63,955 bases of DNA from Acidobacteriota bacterium (lineage in GTDB: Bacteria; Acidobacteriota; UBA4820; DSQY01). Where the stretch lies: positions 1-63,955 of the forward strand of contig JBMFSH010000015.1 in the NCBI GenBank assembly GCA_049967655.1, written 5' to 3'. Position numbers and translations under genes: made by a program. Below are positions 18,307 through 27,888 of the stretch, piece after piece. The notes under the pieces are model-generated. The model did not search any database, was not told where the DNA came from, and saw only the letters and a list, made by a program, of their open reading frames with translations. Every line of letters starts with the position of its first letter. The first letter of the stretch is position 1.

Positions 18307-20181
18307 ATGGTTGGCGTTCCCCCTTCGGCCCCCCCCTCCGGAGGGAGGAGGCCCGTGGGTAGGCGCAAGCTGGTCCAGGGGATCCTCGGAGCCCTGTTCG
18401 TCCTCTTCCTTCTGGTCCTCGTCCTCAAGTTCAAACCCCAGCAGGAGATGCCGGCGCCAGCGCCGCCGCCCGAGGGCGGCCGGGGCGTGGAGGGTAGCCT
18501 CAGCGCCACCGGATTCCGCTTCGTCGAGCAGAACGGGAGCAGCGTGGCCTACGACCTCACCGCCAAGCGGGTGACCGAGGCCAAGGACGGCGGCAAGCTG
18601 CTGGAGGACCCCGTGATCGTCTTCCCCGGGCAGGGGAAGGCCACCGGCCGGAAGGGGAGCTTCGACCCGGCGGCGAAAACCTGCCGGATCTGGGACGACG
18701 CCAAGCTGGACCACGCAGGCGGGTGGCAAGCGGCCTCCTCGGCCTTCCGAGTGACGCCGGAAGGGGAGATGGTTTCCGAAGGGCCAGTGCAGATCACGCG
18801 CGGGGCCCTGTCCGGCAGCGCCGAGCTGCTCCGCTACAATCGCAACACCCAGATGGCCAACCTGGAGGGGAGCGTCCGCTTCCGCCAGGGAGAATCCACC
18901 ATGGCCTGCCAGCGCGTGCTGGCCAATTTTACGACGCACACGGGCCACCTGAGCGGCCCCGTGGTCCTGACAGGAAAACAGGGCGTTGTGCGGGCGCCCC
19001 GAGGCACGCTTCTGATGGCGCCCGACAACCGCCTCAAGGGCGTTGTTCTGGGCACACCCTGCGTGGGCCGAGGCCCCAAGGCCTCCTTCACCGCGCGCAC
19101 CCTCCAGGCGGACCTCGGAAAGGACGGCCAGATCACGGCCATCCACCTTCAGGAGGGGGCGGAGATCTCCACCCCCGGGCCTCCCACCAGTACGCTTCGC
19201 ACACGCCTGGTGAATCTCACGCCGCACCCCGAGGTGGGTTGGGAGTGGAGTGCACCCGATCCCCTCCAAGTCGACCGCGAGGGAGCCGTCGTGACGGCCC
19301 CTTCCGGCAGGGGCACCCTTCCCGACAAGGGCTCCTGGACCGCCCGGCTCGCGGGGCCCGTGAAGGGGAAAGACACCCGCGGCACCTTCTCGGGGCAGGC
19401 GGCCGAGCTCACGGCGGAGACGTGGACGCTGACGGGACACGCGAGAGTGGACCGGGTCGGGGAGACCTTGACCGCGGACCGGATCACCCGCCGCGCCGAC
19501 GGCTCGACGCTGAGCGTGGGGGACGTGCACGGCCTGCGGAAGGCGCCGGGGGCGCCGGACCTCACCTTCACCGCCCTGCGAGCCGAGGCGGGCCCCACCG
19601 GCTACCCCGCCAAGTTGGAGGGGAAGGCCGTTCTCGTGCGGGGAGGGATGACCATCGAAGCCCCCACGGTGACCGTGCAGGACGCCCAGGACGCCGTGGC
19701 CGAGGGCGGCGCCACGGGGCGATGGAAGGAGGAGGCGGGAGGGCTGGATACGGTCACCTCCCAAACCCTGAGGTATGATGGGACCCGGCACCGCGCCCAG
19801 GCGGAAGGGGAGGCCAAGGTGACCGGCCGGGGCTACACGCTCACGGGGAATCAGGTCACGGCTCTCCTGGACGCCCAGAACCGGCCGATCCGGTACGAGG
19901 GAAGCGGGAACTGCCACTTCGATGGGACCGACTATTCGGGTGAGGGTGAACGCTTGAGCTACGATCCCGCCACGCGCATCGGAGAGGCCTTCGGGCCGAA
20001 CCGAAACGCCGTGGTCGTGCAGAAGAAGCCCTTTCGACGGGTGGAGGGGCCGGCGGTCCTCTTCGGACCCAAACGTCTGGAGGTGTCCAGGGGAGCCTCC
20101 ACCGTGGTCCGTGGAACCCTGGAGGGCGTGCAACCTCCCAAGGGCTCGCCCCCACAACCCGCCAAGGGGAAACACCCATGA
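18307..20181 (+). CDS. Elongated LptC/LptA-like LPS transport bridge protein
   Basis: N-terminal TM anchor; repeated beta-jellyroll-like motifs (SEGPVQITRG, LRYNRNT..LEGSV, LTADRI, LRYDG, LSYD); overlaps lptB start. Confidence 0.75.
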   Translation: MVGVPPSAPPSGGRRPVGRRKLVQGILGALFVLFLLVLVLKFKPQQEMPAPAPPPEGGRGVEGSLSATGFRFVEQNGSSVAYDLTAKRVTEAKDGGKLLEDPVIVFPGQGKATGRKGSFDPAAKTCRIWDDAKLDHAGGWQAASSAFRVTPEGEMVSEGPVQITRGALSGSAELLRYNRNTQMANLEGSVRFRQGESTMACQRVLANFTTHTGHLSGPVVLTGKQGVVRAPRGTLLMAPDNRLKGVVLGTPCVGRGPKASFTARTLQADLGKDGQITAIHLQEGAEISTPGPPTSTLRTRLVNLTPHPEVGWEWSAPDPLQVDREGAVVTAPSGRGTLPDKGSWTARLAGPVKGKDTRGTFSGQAAELTAETWTLTGHARVDRVGETLTADRITRRADGSTLSVGDVHGLRKAPGAPDLTFTALRAEAGPTGYPAKLEGKAVLVRGGMTIEAPTVTVQDAQDAVAEGGATGRWKEEAGGLDTVTSQTLRYDGTRHRAQAEGEAKVTGRGYTLTGNQVTALLDAQNRPIRYEGSGNCHFDGTDYSGEGERLSYDPATRIGEAFGPNRNAVVVQKKPFRRVEGPAVLFGPKRLEVSRGASTVVRGTLEGVQPPKGSPPQPAKGKHP

Positions 20182-20987
20182 GCGCCCGGCGGGGGCGGCG
20201 CCCCGCCAAGGACGCCGAAGGCGCGGTCGCCGAAGTCGGGCCCGCTCCCGCGGTTGCGGATTCTCACGAACTCTCCACGCACGGACTACACAAGTCTTAC
20301 GGCCGCAAGGAGGTGGTCTGCGGCGTGGACCTCTGCTTCCGCTCCGGCCGGGTGGTCGGACTACTGGGGCCCAACGGGGCGGGCAAGACCACGACCTTCT
20401 ACATGGTAGTGGGCTTGGTGCCGCCCACGTCGGGATCCATCGTCTTGGACGGACGGGACATCACGTCGATGCCCATGTTCCTCCGAGCCCGTACGGGCAT
20501 CGCCTACCTTCCCCAGGAGCCCTCCATCTTCCGCAAGATGACGGTGGAGGAGAACCTCATGTCCATCCTGGAATTCGCGGGGCTCTCCGCCAGCGAGCGG
20601 ATGTCCCGCACCGAGGCGGCGCTGGAGGAGCTCAACATCCGCAGGCTCGCCACCGCCAGGGCGTACACCCTTTCGGGGGGCGAACGCCGGAGGGTGGAGA
20701 TCGCGAGGGCCCTTGTGTTGTCCCCACGCTTCTTCCTTCTGGACGAGCCCTTTGCCGGTATCGACCCCATTGCCGTGGCCGACATCCAGGGCATCATCCT
20801 CCACCTGAGGGAGCGCGGCATCGGCGTCGTGGTGTCTGATCACAACGTCCGGGAAACGTTGAAAATAACGGATGAGGCCTATATCATTAGTCATGGTTCC
20901 ATTTTCCGTCACGGTTCTCCCGGAGAACTGGCCGAGGACCCGGAGGTCCGGAGGGTCTACCTGGGTGAAGCATTCAGCTTGGACTGA
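20178..20987 (+). CDS. lptB: LPS export ABC transporter ATPase
   Basis: GPNGAGKTTTFYM, YLPQEPSIFR, LSGGERRRVEIARAL, LLDEPFAGIDP, DHNVRETL, VYLGEAF. Confidence 0.95.
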   Translation: MSARRGRRPAKDAEGAVAEVGPAPAVADSHELSTHGLHKSYGRKEVVCGVDLCFRSGRVVGLLGPNGAGKTTTFYMVVGLVPPTSGSIVLDGRDITSMPMFLRARTGIAYLPQEPSIFRKMTVEENLMSILEFAGLSASERMSRTEAALEELNIRRLATARAYTLSGGERRRVEIARALVLSPRFFLLDEPFAGIDPIAVADIQGIILHLRERGIGVVVSDHNVRETLKITDEAYIISHGSIFRHGSPGELAEDPEVRRVYLGEAFSLD

Positions 20988-21155
20988 CCTCTCCGGAGGA
21001 GGGATGAGGGCCTTTCCGGCGCTGGACGGGCTTGCGACTGCCGTCCGGAGGGGCGGTGTTTCACCGACGAGAGCCGACGGGGAGGACGGGTCCCGCGCGG
21101 GGGCCGGACGGGGTCATCAACCAGCCTTGGCAGGCATTCGAATGGAAGTCCACCG

Positions 21156-22592
21156 ATGAGTCTGCAGCAGAAGCTCTCCCTGAAACTTCAGCAGAAGATG
21201 GTCCTCACGCCGACCCTCCAGCAAGCCATCCGCCTGCTTCAGCTGACCCGGCTCGAACTCGTCCAGGAGGTGAGCCAGGAGCTTCAGATCAACCCGGTCC
21301 TGGAGGATGCCACCACCATCGAAGAGCCCGTTTCCGCCCCGCCCGAGGAGGAGGCGGCCCTCCGCGAGACGGCGGAGGAGAACCCCATGGACAGCTACGA
21401 GGAGAAGATCGACGTCGAGTCCTACTTCCAGGACTACCTCGAGACCAGCCTGAAGTACCGCGGCACCCAGCACGAAAGCCCCGAGGAGACCCCGGACACG
21501 GAGCGCTACCTGAGCGCCCCCGAGAGCCTCGCCGAACACCTGGAATGGCAGGTGAGCCTGAGCCGGCTCTCCCCCGCGGAGCGTGAGGTGGCCCAGGTCA
21601 TCATCGGGAACCTCCGGGAGGACGGCTACCTCATGGTGAGCCTGGAGGACGTCTGCGCCGCCACGGGCGCGACTCCCGAAGAGGCGGAGTCGGTGCTGCG
21701 GGTGGTCCAGCACTTGGACCCCGTCGGCGTGGCTGCGCGGGATCTCCCGGAGTGCCTGCGGATCCAGCTCATGGCGCTGGAGGAGCCCGACGAGCTGGCC
21801 CTGCGGATCGTCGAGGAGTTCCTGCCTTTTCTGGAGCGGGAGAAGCCCGCCCAGCTCGCCTCCCGCCTGGGAGTCCCGGAGGATCGACTCGAGGAGGCAC
21901 TAAACCTCATCCGCCACCTCGACCCCAAGCCGGGCCTGCGCTACAACAACCCCGTGAACCCCACGATCGTGCCCGAGGTGGTCGTCGAGAAGGAGGGCGA
22001 CGGCTACCGCGTCCTGCTGAACGAGGACGGCATGCCCCACCTCCGCATCAGCAGCCGTTACCGCTCCATGGCGGAGGAGGGGTCGGCCGAGGAGAGCCAG
22101 GAGACCCTCACCTACCTGAAGGAGAAGATGCGTTCGGCCCTGTGGTTCCTCAAGAGCCTGGAGGAGCGCCAGCGTACCATCTACAAGGTGGCCACCCAGA
22201 TCGTGGAGTTCCAGCGGGATTTTCTCGACAAGGGCCGCGCCCACATGCGCCCCTTGATCCTCAGGGACGTGGCCGAGAGGGTGGGGGTTCACGAGTCCAC
22301 CGTGAGCCGGGTGGTGTCCAACAAGTACATGCAGACGCCGAGGGGCATTCTCCCCATGAAGTACTTCTTTAACACCGGGATCGGCACCATGGACGGGGGC
22401 GACGTCTCCGCCATGCGCGTGAAGGAGCGGCTGAAAAGCCTTGTGGACGCCGAGGACCCGAGGCATCCCCTGAGCGACCAGGTGCTGGCCGACCTGCTCA
22501 AGCGGGAGGGCATCCTGCTGGCCCGGCGGACCGTGGCCAAGTACAGGGAAGAGCTGAACATTCCATCATCGGGACGGAGAAAATCACGGTAG
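21156..22592 (+). CDS. rpoN: RNA polymerase sigma-54 factor
   Basis: LQQAIRLLQL, HESTVSRV, RpoN box ARRTVAKYRE. Confidence 0.97.
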   Translation: MSLQQKLSLKLQQKMVLTPTLQQAIRLLQLTRLELVQEVSQELQINPVLEDATTIEEPVSAPPEEEAALRETAEENPMDSYEEKIDVESYFQDYLETSLKYRGTQHESPEETPDTERYLSAPESLAEHLEWQVSLSRLSPAEREVAQVIIGNLREDGYLMVSLEDVCAATGATPEEAESVLRVVQHLDPVGVAARDLPECLRIQLMALEEPDELALRIVEEFLPFLEREKPAQLASRLGVPEDRLEEALNLIRHLDPKPGLRYNNPVNPTIVPEVVVEKEGDGYRVLLNEDGMPHLRISSRYRSMAEEGSAEESQETLTYLKEKMRSALWFLKSLEERQRTIYKVATQIVEFQRDFLDKGRAHMRPLILRDVAERVGVHESTVSRVVSNKYMQTPRGILPMKYFFNTGIGTMDGGDVSAMRVKERLKSLVDAEDPRHPLSDQVLADLLKREGILLARRTVAKYREELNIPSSGRRKSR

Positions 22593-22611
22593 TCTTCATA
22601 AGGAGCGAGCG

Positions 22612-23172
22612 ATGCGACTGGAATTTTCGGGAAAGAACCTGTCCATCACCGACGCCCTGCGAAACAAGGCCGAGAAGAAGATCGCCAAGCTGGAGCGGTT
22701 CACCGGATCAATCGTGTCAGCCCACGCTTCCTTCGAGGTGGAGCGTCACCTGCACCGCGTGACCCTCATGGTCCACTGCGGCCACGACCGGATCTACAAA
22801 GCCAAGGGCCTGGCCGAGGACATGTACATGGCCATCAACGACGCGGTCGACGCCATCGAACAGCAGTCCAAGAAGGACAAGGACAAGCGCATGGCGGGCC
22901 GGAGCAAGACCGTGGCTCCGGCCGCTCCGAAGGAGGCCGAGGAGGAGGATGAGGAGGAGCCCGCAAAGACCAAGAGGAAGGTCCCGCGGGTTCGCCGGCG
23001 CGACGATCTCTTCAGTCCCAAACCCATGAGCCTGCCCGACGCGGCCCTGCGGCTCGCCGAGCAGGACGACCCTGTGGTCGTCTTCCAGGACCCCGCCACG
23101 GGGAGGTTGTGCGTGCTCTTCCGCGACAAGGCCGGCCGGATCTCCCTCGTGGAGCCGCCGAACAAGAGATGA
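22612..23172 (+). CDS. hpf: Ribosome hibernation factor (long HPF)
   Basis: GKNLSITDAL, DMYMAINDAVD, C-terminal KPMSLPDAA domain; follows rpoN. Confidence 0.9.
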   Translation: MRLEFSGKNLSITDALRNKAEKKIAKLERFTGSIVSAHASFEVERHLHRVTLMVHCGHDRIYKAKGLAEDMYMAINDAVDAIEQQSKKDKDKRMAGRSKTVAPAAPKEAEEEDEEEPAKTKRKVPRVRRRDDLFSPKPMSLPDAALRLAEQDDPVVVFQDPATGRLCVLFRDKAGRISLVEPPNKR

Positions 23173-23232
23173 ACCGTGGATTGCGAAGTGAAAAAGCACA
23201 CCACAGAGACTCAGAGGCACGATCGAGATTCC

Positions 23233-23330
23233 GAGATGAGGAGATGAGGAGATGAGGAGATGCCGAAAGGACCCGGCAGGCGGCATTGTGGGCCTTTCCT
23301 GTCCCCTGTCCTTCGTCCCCCGCCCCCGCC
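23233..23330. repeat. Short tandem repeats: about 4x GAGATGAG, plus degenerate TGTCCCC copies
   Basis: Read directly in the hpf-hprK spacer. Confidence 0.75.
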
Positions 23331-23391
23331 GGGTTCCCATGACGGCATTCTCCACTCAGCGGTCATGCGCTTCTCTAAGAGGTAACCCCGC

Positions 23392-24363
23392 ATGAAGACC
23401 CTCGCCGGGCAGGAGATCCATCCCCGCATGTCGGTCCACCAGTTCGTGGATCTCTTCTCCTCTCTGAGCATAAGCGTGACGGCCGGCCGGGGCGGCCTGG
23501 ACCGGGAGATCGAGAGCCCCCGGATCCAGAAACCGGGCCTCGCACTGGCGGGGGTTCATGAGTACATCCATCCGGAGCGGATCCAGATCCTGGGCGAGAC
23601 CGAAATCTCCTACCTGAACCGGTGGAGCGGGGAGGACCGGCTCAAGATCCTGCAACCCATCTTCGAGCGCGGTATCTGCTGCTTCCTGCTCACCAAGGGA
23701 CTCCCACCGCCCGAAGAACTGGTCAGGTTGGCGGAGGAGACCGATACTCCCCTCCTGACCTCCACCGAGAAATCCTCCCTTGTCATCAACCAGGTCACCG
23801 ACGTGCTGATGTCGGCCCTGGCCCCCGTGCTGTCGGTCCACGGCGTCCTGGTGGACGTCTACGGCGTGGGGCTGCTCATCATCGGCCGCGGCTCCATCGG
23901 AAAGTCGGAGAGCGCCCTCGACCTGATCGTCCGCGGGCACCGGCTGGTGAGCGACGACGTGGTGGAGATCCGGCGGCAGGCCGACCACCTCACAGGCACG
24001 GCCCCCGAACTGCTCCGCTACCACATGGAGCTACGCGGCCTGGGGATCATCAACATCAAGGAGCTGTTCGGCGTGGTGGCCACGCGCTCGCAGGTGGAGG
24101 TGGAGCTGGTGGTGGAGCTGGAGCACTGGCAGGAGAGCGGCAACTACGATCGCCTCGGGCTGGACGAGCTGACCATCTCCATCCTTGGCCTGCCCGTCCC
24201 CTACCTCCTGATGCCCGTGGCCCCCGGCCGGAACATCACCATCCTGCTGGAGGTGGCGGTCCGAAACCTCCTGCTGAAGAGAAAGGGCATCCACTCCGCC
24301 AAGGACTTCACCCGGCGGCTGCAGCAGATGCTCGAGGCGAACGTCGATGAACCCGAGCCATAG
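23392..24363 (+). CDS. hprK: HPr kinase/phosphorylase
   Basis: QKPGLALAG, HGVLVDVYGVG, GRGSIGKSE, GHRLVSDD, MELRGLGIINI, PVAPGRN. Confidence 0.95.
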   Translation: MKTLAGQEIHPRMSVHQFVDLFSSLSISVTAGRGGLDREIESPRIQKPGLALAGVHEYIHPERIQILGETEISYLNRWSGEDRLKILQPIFERGICCFLLTKGLPPPEELVRLAEETDTPLLTSTEKSSLVINQVTDVLMSALAPVLSVHGVLVDVYGVGLLIIGRGSIGKSESALDLIVRGHRLVSDDVVEIRRQADHLTGTAPELLRYHMELRGLGIINIKELFGVVATRSQVEVELVVELEHWQESGNYDRLGLDELTISILGLPVPYLLMPVAPGRNITILLEVAVRNLLLKRKGIHSAKDFTRRLQQMLEANVDEPEP

Positions 24364-25222
24364 AACCCTCATCATCGTCACCGGCATGTCGGGCGCCGGC
24401 AAGAGCCAGGTCATCCGGACCCTGGAGGACGCGGGATTCTACTGCGTGGAGCGCCTGCCCCTGGAGCTCTTCCCCAAATTTCTCGAACTCATCGAGGGGG
24501 CCGGCGGCGAGCTGGGCCCCCTGGTGGCGCTGGGCCTCGACCTGCGGGAAGAGAAGCTCGACGAGAGGTTCCCCACGCTCTACGACGCCCTGAAAAAATC
24601 GCCGCTGGACGTACGGATCCTCTTTGTCGAGGCGAGCGACGAGGTCCTTCTCAGGCGTTTCTCCGAGACCCGCCGGCCCCATCCCCTCACGCCGAAGGGC
24701 TCGGTGGAGGAGGGGATCCAACTGGAGCGGGCCCGCCTGGAGCTCATCCGGGAGAGGTCCGACTGGATCGTGGACACCAGCTCCCTCACCATCCACCAGC
24801 TCAAGACGGTCATCGAGGAGGGGCTGGCCTCCCTGGCCGGCGGCCGCAAGCTGACCGTGAACCTCACCTCCTTCGGCTTCGCCTACGGCCTTCCGCCCGA
24901 GGCCACCCTGGTCTTCGACGTCCGCTTCCTCCCCAATCCCCACTTCATCCCGGAGCTTCGCCCCCTGAACGGAGAGGACCCGGCGGTTTTCGATTTCGTC
25001 TGCGGCTCCCCCGAGGGGAAGGAGTTCCTGGAACGGATCGAGAGCTTCCTGCGGTACCTGGTGCCGCGGTACCAGAAGGAGGGCAAGGCCTACCTGACGG
25101 TGGCTATCGGCTGCACCGGCGGACGCCACCGCTCCGTTGCGGTGGCCCGGCGCTTGTATGATATCTTCCGGGAGGAAGGCGGTCTCCTCGTCAACCTCCA
25201 CCACCGAGACCGCGCGAGGTGA
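24347..25222 (+). CDS. rapZ: RNase adapter RapZ/YvcJ
   Basis: GMSGAGKS, RRFSETRRPHPL, SFGF, DVRFLPNPH, GCTGGRHRSV. Confidence 0.95.
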   Translation: MNPSHRTLIIVTGMSGAGKSQVIRTLEDAGFYCVERLPLELFPKFLELIEGAGGELGPLVALGLDLREEKLDERFPTLYDALKKSPLDVRILFVEASDEVLLRRFSETRRPHPLTPKGSVEEGIQLERARLELIRERSDWIVDTSSLTIHQLKTVIEEGLASLAGGRKLTVNLTSFGFAYGLPPEATLVFDVRFLPNPHFIPELRPLNGEDPAVFDFVCGSPEGKEFLERIESFLRYLVPRYQKEGKAYLTVAIGCTGGRHRSVAVARRLYDIFREEGGLLVNLHHRDRAR

Positions 25223-25650
25223 TCATGCTAGGCATACTGGTCGTGAGCCACGGGAATCTGGCCCAGGAGTTCGTGGACGTGGCCTCCAGGATCCTGGGAG
25301 ACTCGGACGGCGGGGTGACCCCCGTCTGCATCCCTTGGGAGCTGGAGTCATCGGCCGCCAAGGAGAAGATCCGGAAGACGCTCAAGAAGGTCCAGGAGGA
25401 GAGCACGGGGGTCCTGATCCTGACCGACCTCTTCGGCGGCACGCCCACCAATCTGGCCATGACCCTCTACCAGCCTGGCAAAGTGGAGATTCTCACGGGC
25501 ATGAACCTTCCCATGCTGATCAAGGCCATCCTCACCCGCAAGGCGGGCACGCCGCTGGCCGAGGCCGTGGCGCTCCTGCGCGAGAAGGGCCAGGGCGCCA
25601 TCGTGTCGGTGAGCGAGGTGATGAGCCCCGAAGGGGGGGAGGAGGGATGA
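25219..25650 (+). CDS. PTS EIIA component, mannose/fructose family
   Basis: VVSHG phospho-His, TDLFGGTP, GMNLPML. Confidence 0.9.
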   Translation: MIMLGILVVSHGNLAQEFVDVASRILGDSDGGVTPVCIPWELESSAAKEKIRKTLKKVQEESTGVLILTDLFGGTPTNLAMTLYQPGKVEILTGMNLPMLIKAILTRKAGTPLAEAVALLREKGQGAIVSVSEVMSPEGGEEG

Positions 25651-25916
25651 TTCGAAAAGAGGTGACGGTCTGCAACAGGCTGGGCCTCCACGCGAGGGCC
25701 GCCGCCAAGCTCGTCCAAATCGCCAACCAGTTTCAGGCCCAGGTCTCCCTGACCACCAACCAGATGTGCGCCGACGCCAAGTCCATCCTCGGTGTGCTGA
25801 CCCTCGCGGCAGCCAAGGACACGCCGCTGATCATCGAGGTCGACGGCCCCGACGAGGCGGAGGCCCTGTCCCAGATCGAGCACCTCATCCAGGACCGGTT
25901 CGGGGAGGGGGAATGA
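25647..25916 (+). CDS. ptsH: Phosphocarrier HPr
   Basis: NRLGLHARAAAK (His15) and DAKSILGV (Ser46); ATG 25647 after GGAGG. Confidence 0.93.
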   Translation: MIRKEVTVCNRLGLHARAAAKLVQIANQFQAQVSLTTNQMCADAKSILGVLTLAAAKDTPLIIEVDGPDEAEALSQIEHLIQDRFGEGE

Positions 25917-27649
25917 CCCGCCTCACGGGGACTCCCGTCTCTCCGGGTATCGCCATCGGAACCTCGCAGATCATCCTGGTTCAGGAGATTCCCGTGGTGA
26001 AGACCTCCATCGCACCGGAGGCGGCCCCCGGCGAGGTGGAGCGCCTGAGAAGGGCCTTGGAGGCCACGATCAAGGACGTGGAGAACCTCAAGGAGCGGGC
26101 CCGAAGCCGGCTGAGCGAAGACTTCCTCGCCATCTTCGACGCCCACATCATCATCCTGAAGGATCCGGCCCTGCTCAGGGGAGCCAAGGCGCGCATCGAG
26201 CGGAACGGGGTCAACGCCGAGTACGCCTTGCAGGGCTCCATCCAGGACATGGTGAGAGGGTTGATGGCCACGGACGATCCCTATTTCCAGGAGAGGGCCA
26301 TGGACGTGGAGGGGCTGCACCGCAGAGTGCAGCAGCACCTGGCGGGCCCCCTCCCGGAGAAGACCAGCTGGACATCGGGGGAGCGCGTCGTGATCCTGGC
26401 GGACACCCTCACCCCTTCGGAGACGAGCACCCTCCACAACGCCCCCGTCGTCGCCTTCGCGACGGAGCACGGAGCCCGCACTTCCCACACGGCCATCATC
26501 GCCCGCTCTTTAGAGATCCCGGCCGTGGTGGGCGTCAAGGGCCTCACCAAGACCGCTGAACCCCACGGGACGGTCATCGTGGACGGCCTGGAGGGCCTCG
26601 TTATCTTGGATCCGAGTGAGGCGGAACTGGCCGAGTACGAGCGGAGGGCCGAGGCCTACCAGCGCCACCGCAAGGCCATTCTGGGGCAGGCCCGCAAGGA
26701 GGCCAGGACGGTAGACGGCACGCCGATTCGCGTGACGGCCAATCTCGACCTCACGGATGAGATCGGCAGCGCGCTGGCCGCGGGCGCCAGCGGCGTGGGC
26801 CTCTACCGCAGCGAGTTCCTCTTCCTCGATCACTCACCCGATCTGCCCTCGGAGGAGGACCACCTCGGGTATTACGACCGAATCGCCCAGGCCTTCTATC
26901 CCCACCGCGTGGTCATACGGACCCTGGACCTCGGGGGCGAGAAGTACTTCCATGCCGTCCTGGACCGCACCGAGCGTAACCCCGTGCTCGGGGTCAGGGC
27001 CATCCGCTTCTGCCTGAGGCAGCCCGAGATCTTCCGGACCCAGCTCAAGGGCATCCTGCGCGCCTCCAGGCGCAAGAACTTGGCTATCCTCTTCCCCATG
27101 ATCACCACGCTGCAAGAGTACCAGCAGGCCTCGGACCACCTGGAGGCCTGTAAACGGGAGCTCAAGGCCGACGGGGTCCCCTTCGACGAGCACATCCCCG
27201 TGGGCATCATGGTGGAGGTTCCCTCCTGCGCCCTCACCGCCGAGGCCTACGCCCCCCTGGTGGACTTCTTCAGCATCGGCACCAACGACCTCATCCAGTA
27301 CCTGCTGGCCATCGACCGGAACAACGACTCCGTGGCCCACCTCTACGATCCCATGCATCCGGCCGTACTCAGGTGCATCGCCCACGTGTGCGAGGCGGCC
27401 TCCGCCGAGGGCAAGCCCGTCACCGTCTGCGGCGAGGCCGCGGCCGATCCCATGATGGCGCCGCTGCTGGTGGGGCTCGGCGTCACCGAGCTCTCCATGA
27501 CCCCCTCCTCCGTCCTGGAGGTCAAGAACCACATCCGCAACCTCTCCCTGCGCGCCTGTCAAAAGCTGGCGAAGAAAGCGCTCAAGGCCAGAACGGGAGC
27601 GGAGGTCGCCGAGCTGGTCAAGACGACCGTGGGCGGCGCCAAGCGGTAA
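25913..27649 (+). CDS. ptsI: PTS enzyme I
   Basis: SPGIAIG, TSHTAIIAR, GVGLYRSEFLF, RTLDLGGEK, SIGTNDLIQY, CGE. Confidence 0.95.
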   Translation: MTRLTGTPVSPGIAIGTSQIILVQEIPVVKTSIAPEAAPGEVERLRRALEATIKDVENLKERARSRLSEDFLAIFDAHIIILKDPALLRGAKARIERNGVNAEYALQGSIQDMVRGLMATDDPYFQERAMDVEGLHRRVQQHLAGPLPEKTSWTSGERVVILADTLTPSETSTLHNAPVVAFATEHGARTSHTAIIARSLEIPAVVGVKGLTKTAEPHGTVIVDGLEGLVILDPSEAELAEYERRAEAYQRHRKAILGQARKEARTVDGTPIRVTANLDLTDEIGSALAAGASGVGLYRSEFLFLDHSPDLPSEEDHLGYYDRIAQAFYPHRVVIRTLDLGGEKYFHAVLDRTERNPVLGVRAIRFCLRQPEIFRTQLKGILRASRRKNLAILFPMITTLQEYQQASDHLEACKRELKADGVPFDEHIPVGIMVEVPSCALTAEAYAPLVDFFSIGTNDLIQYLLAIDRNNDSVAHLYDPMHPAVLRCIAHVCEAASAEGKPVTVCGEAAADPMMAPLLVGLGVTELSMTPSSVLEVKNHIRNLSLRACQKLAKKALKARTGAEVAELVKTTVGGAKR

Positions 27650-27671
27650 CGGGGACGGCGGGATTCGGCAA

Positions 27672-27888
27672 GAGGATTCACCACCAAGGCACCCAAACAC
27701 CAAGGGCAAAGAGGTTTGCGTCTTGCCTCAGGGCTTAATCTCGCCCCCCATCTCCCTCCATTCCCGCCCCGCCAAGACGGAAGGAAAGGATTCACCGCGG
27801 AGCCGCGGGGAGGCCGAGGGATTGACATTTCGGATGGAGGCGACAGGGCACCTTGCCCCTGCACCCTCCACCCTCCACCCTCCACCCT
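27672..27888. repeat. Composite intergenic repeat: CACCAAG-type copies plus about 4x CACCCTC
   Basis: Its blocks are reverse complements of those at 41586, 56617 and 63532. Confidence 0.7.
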
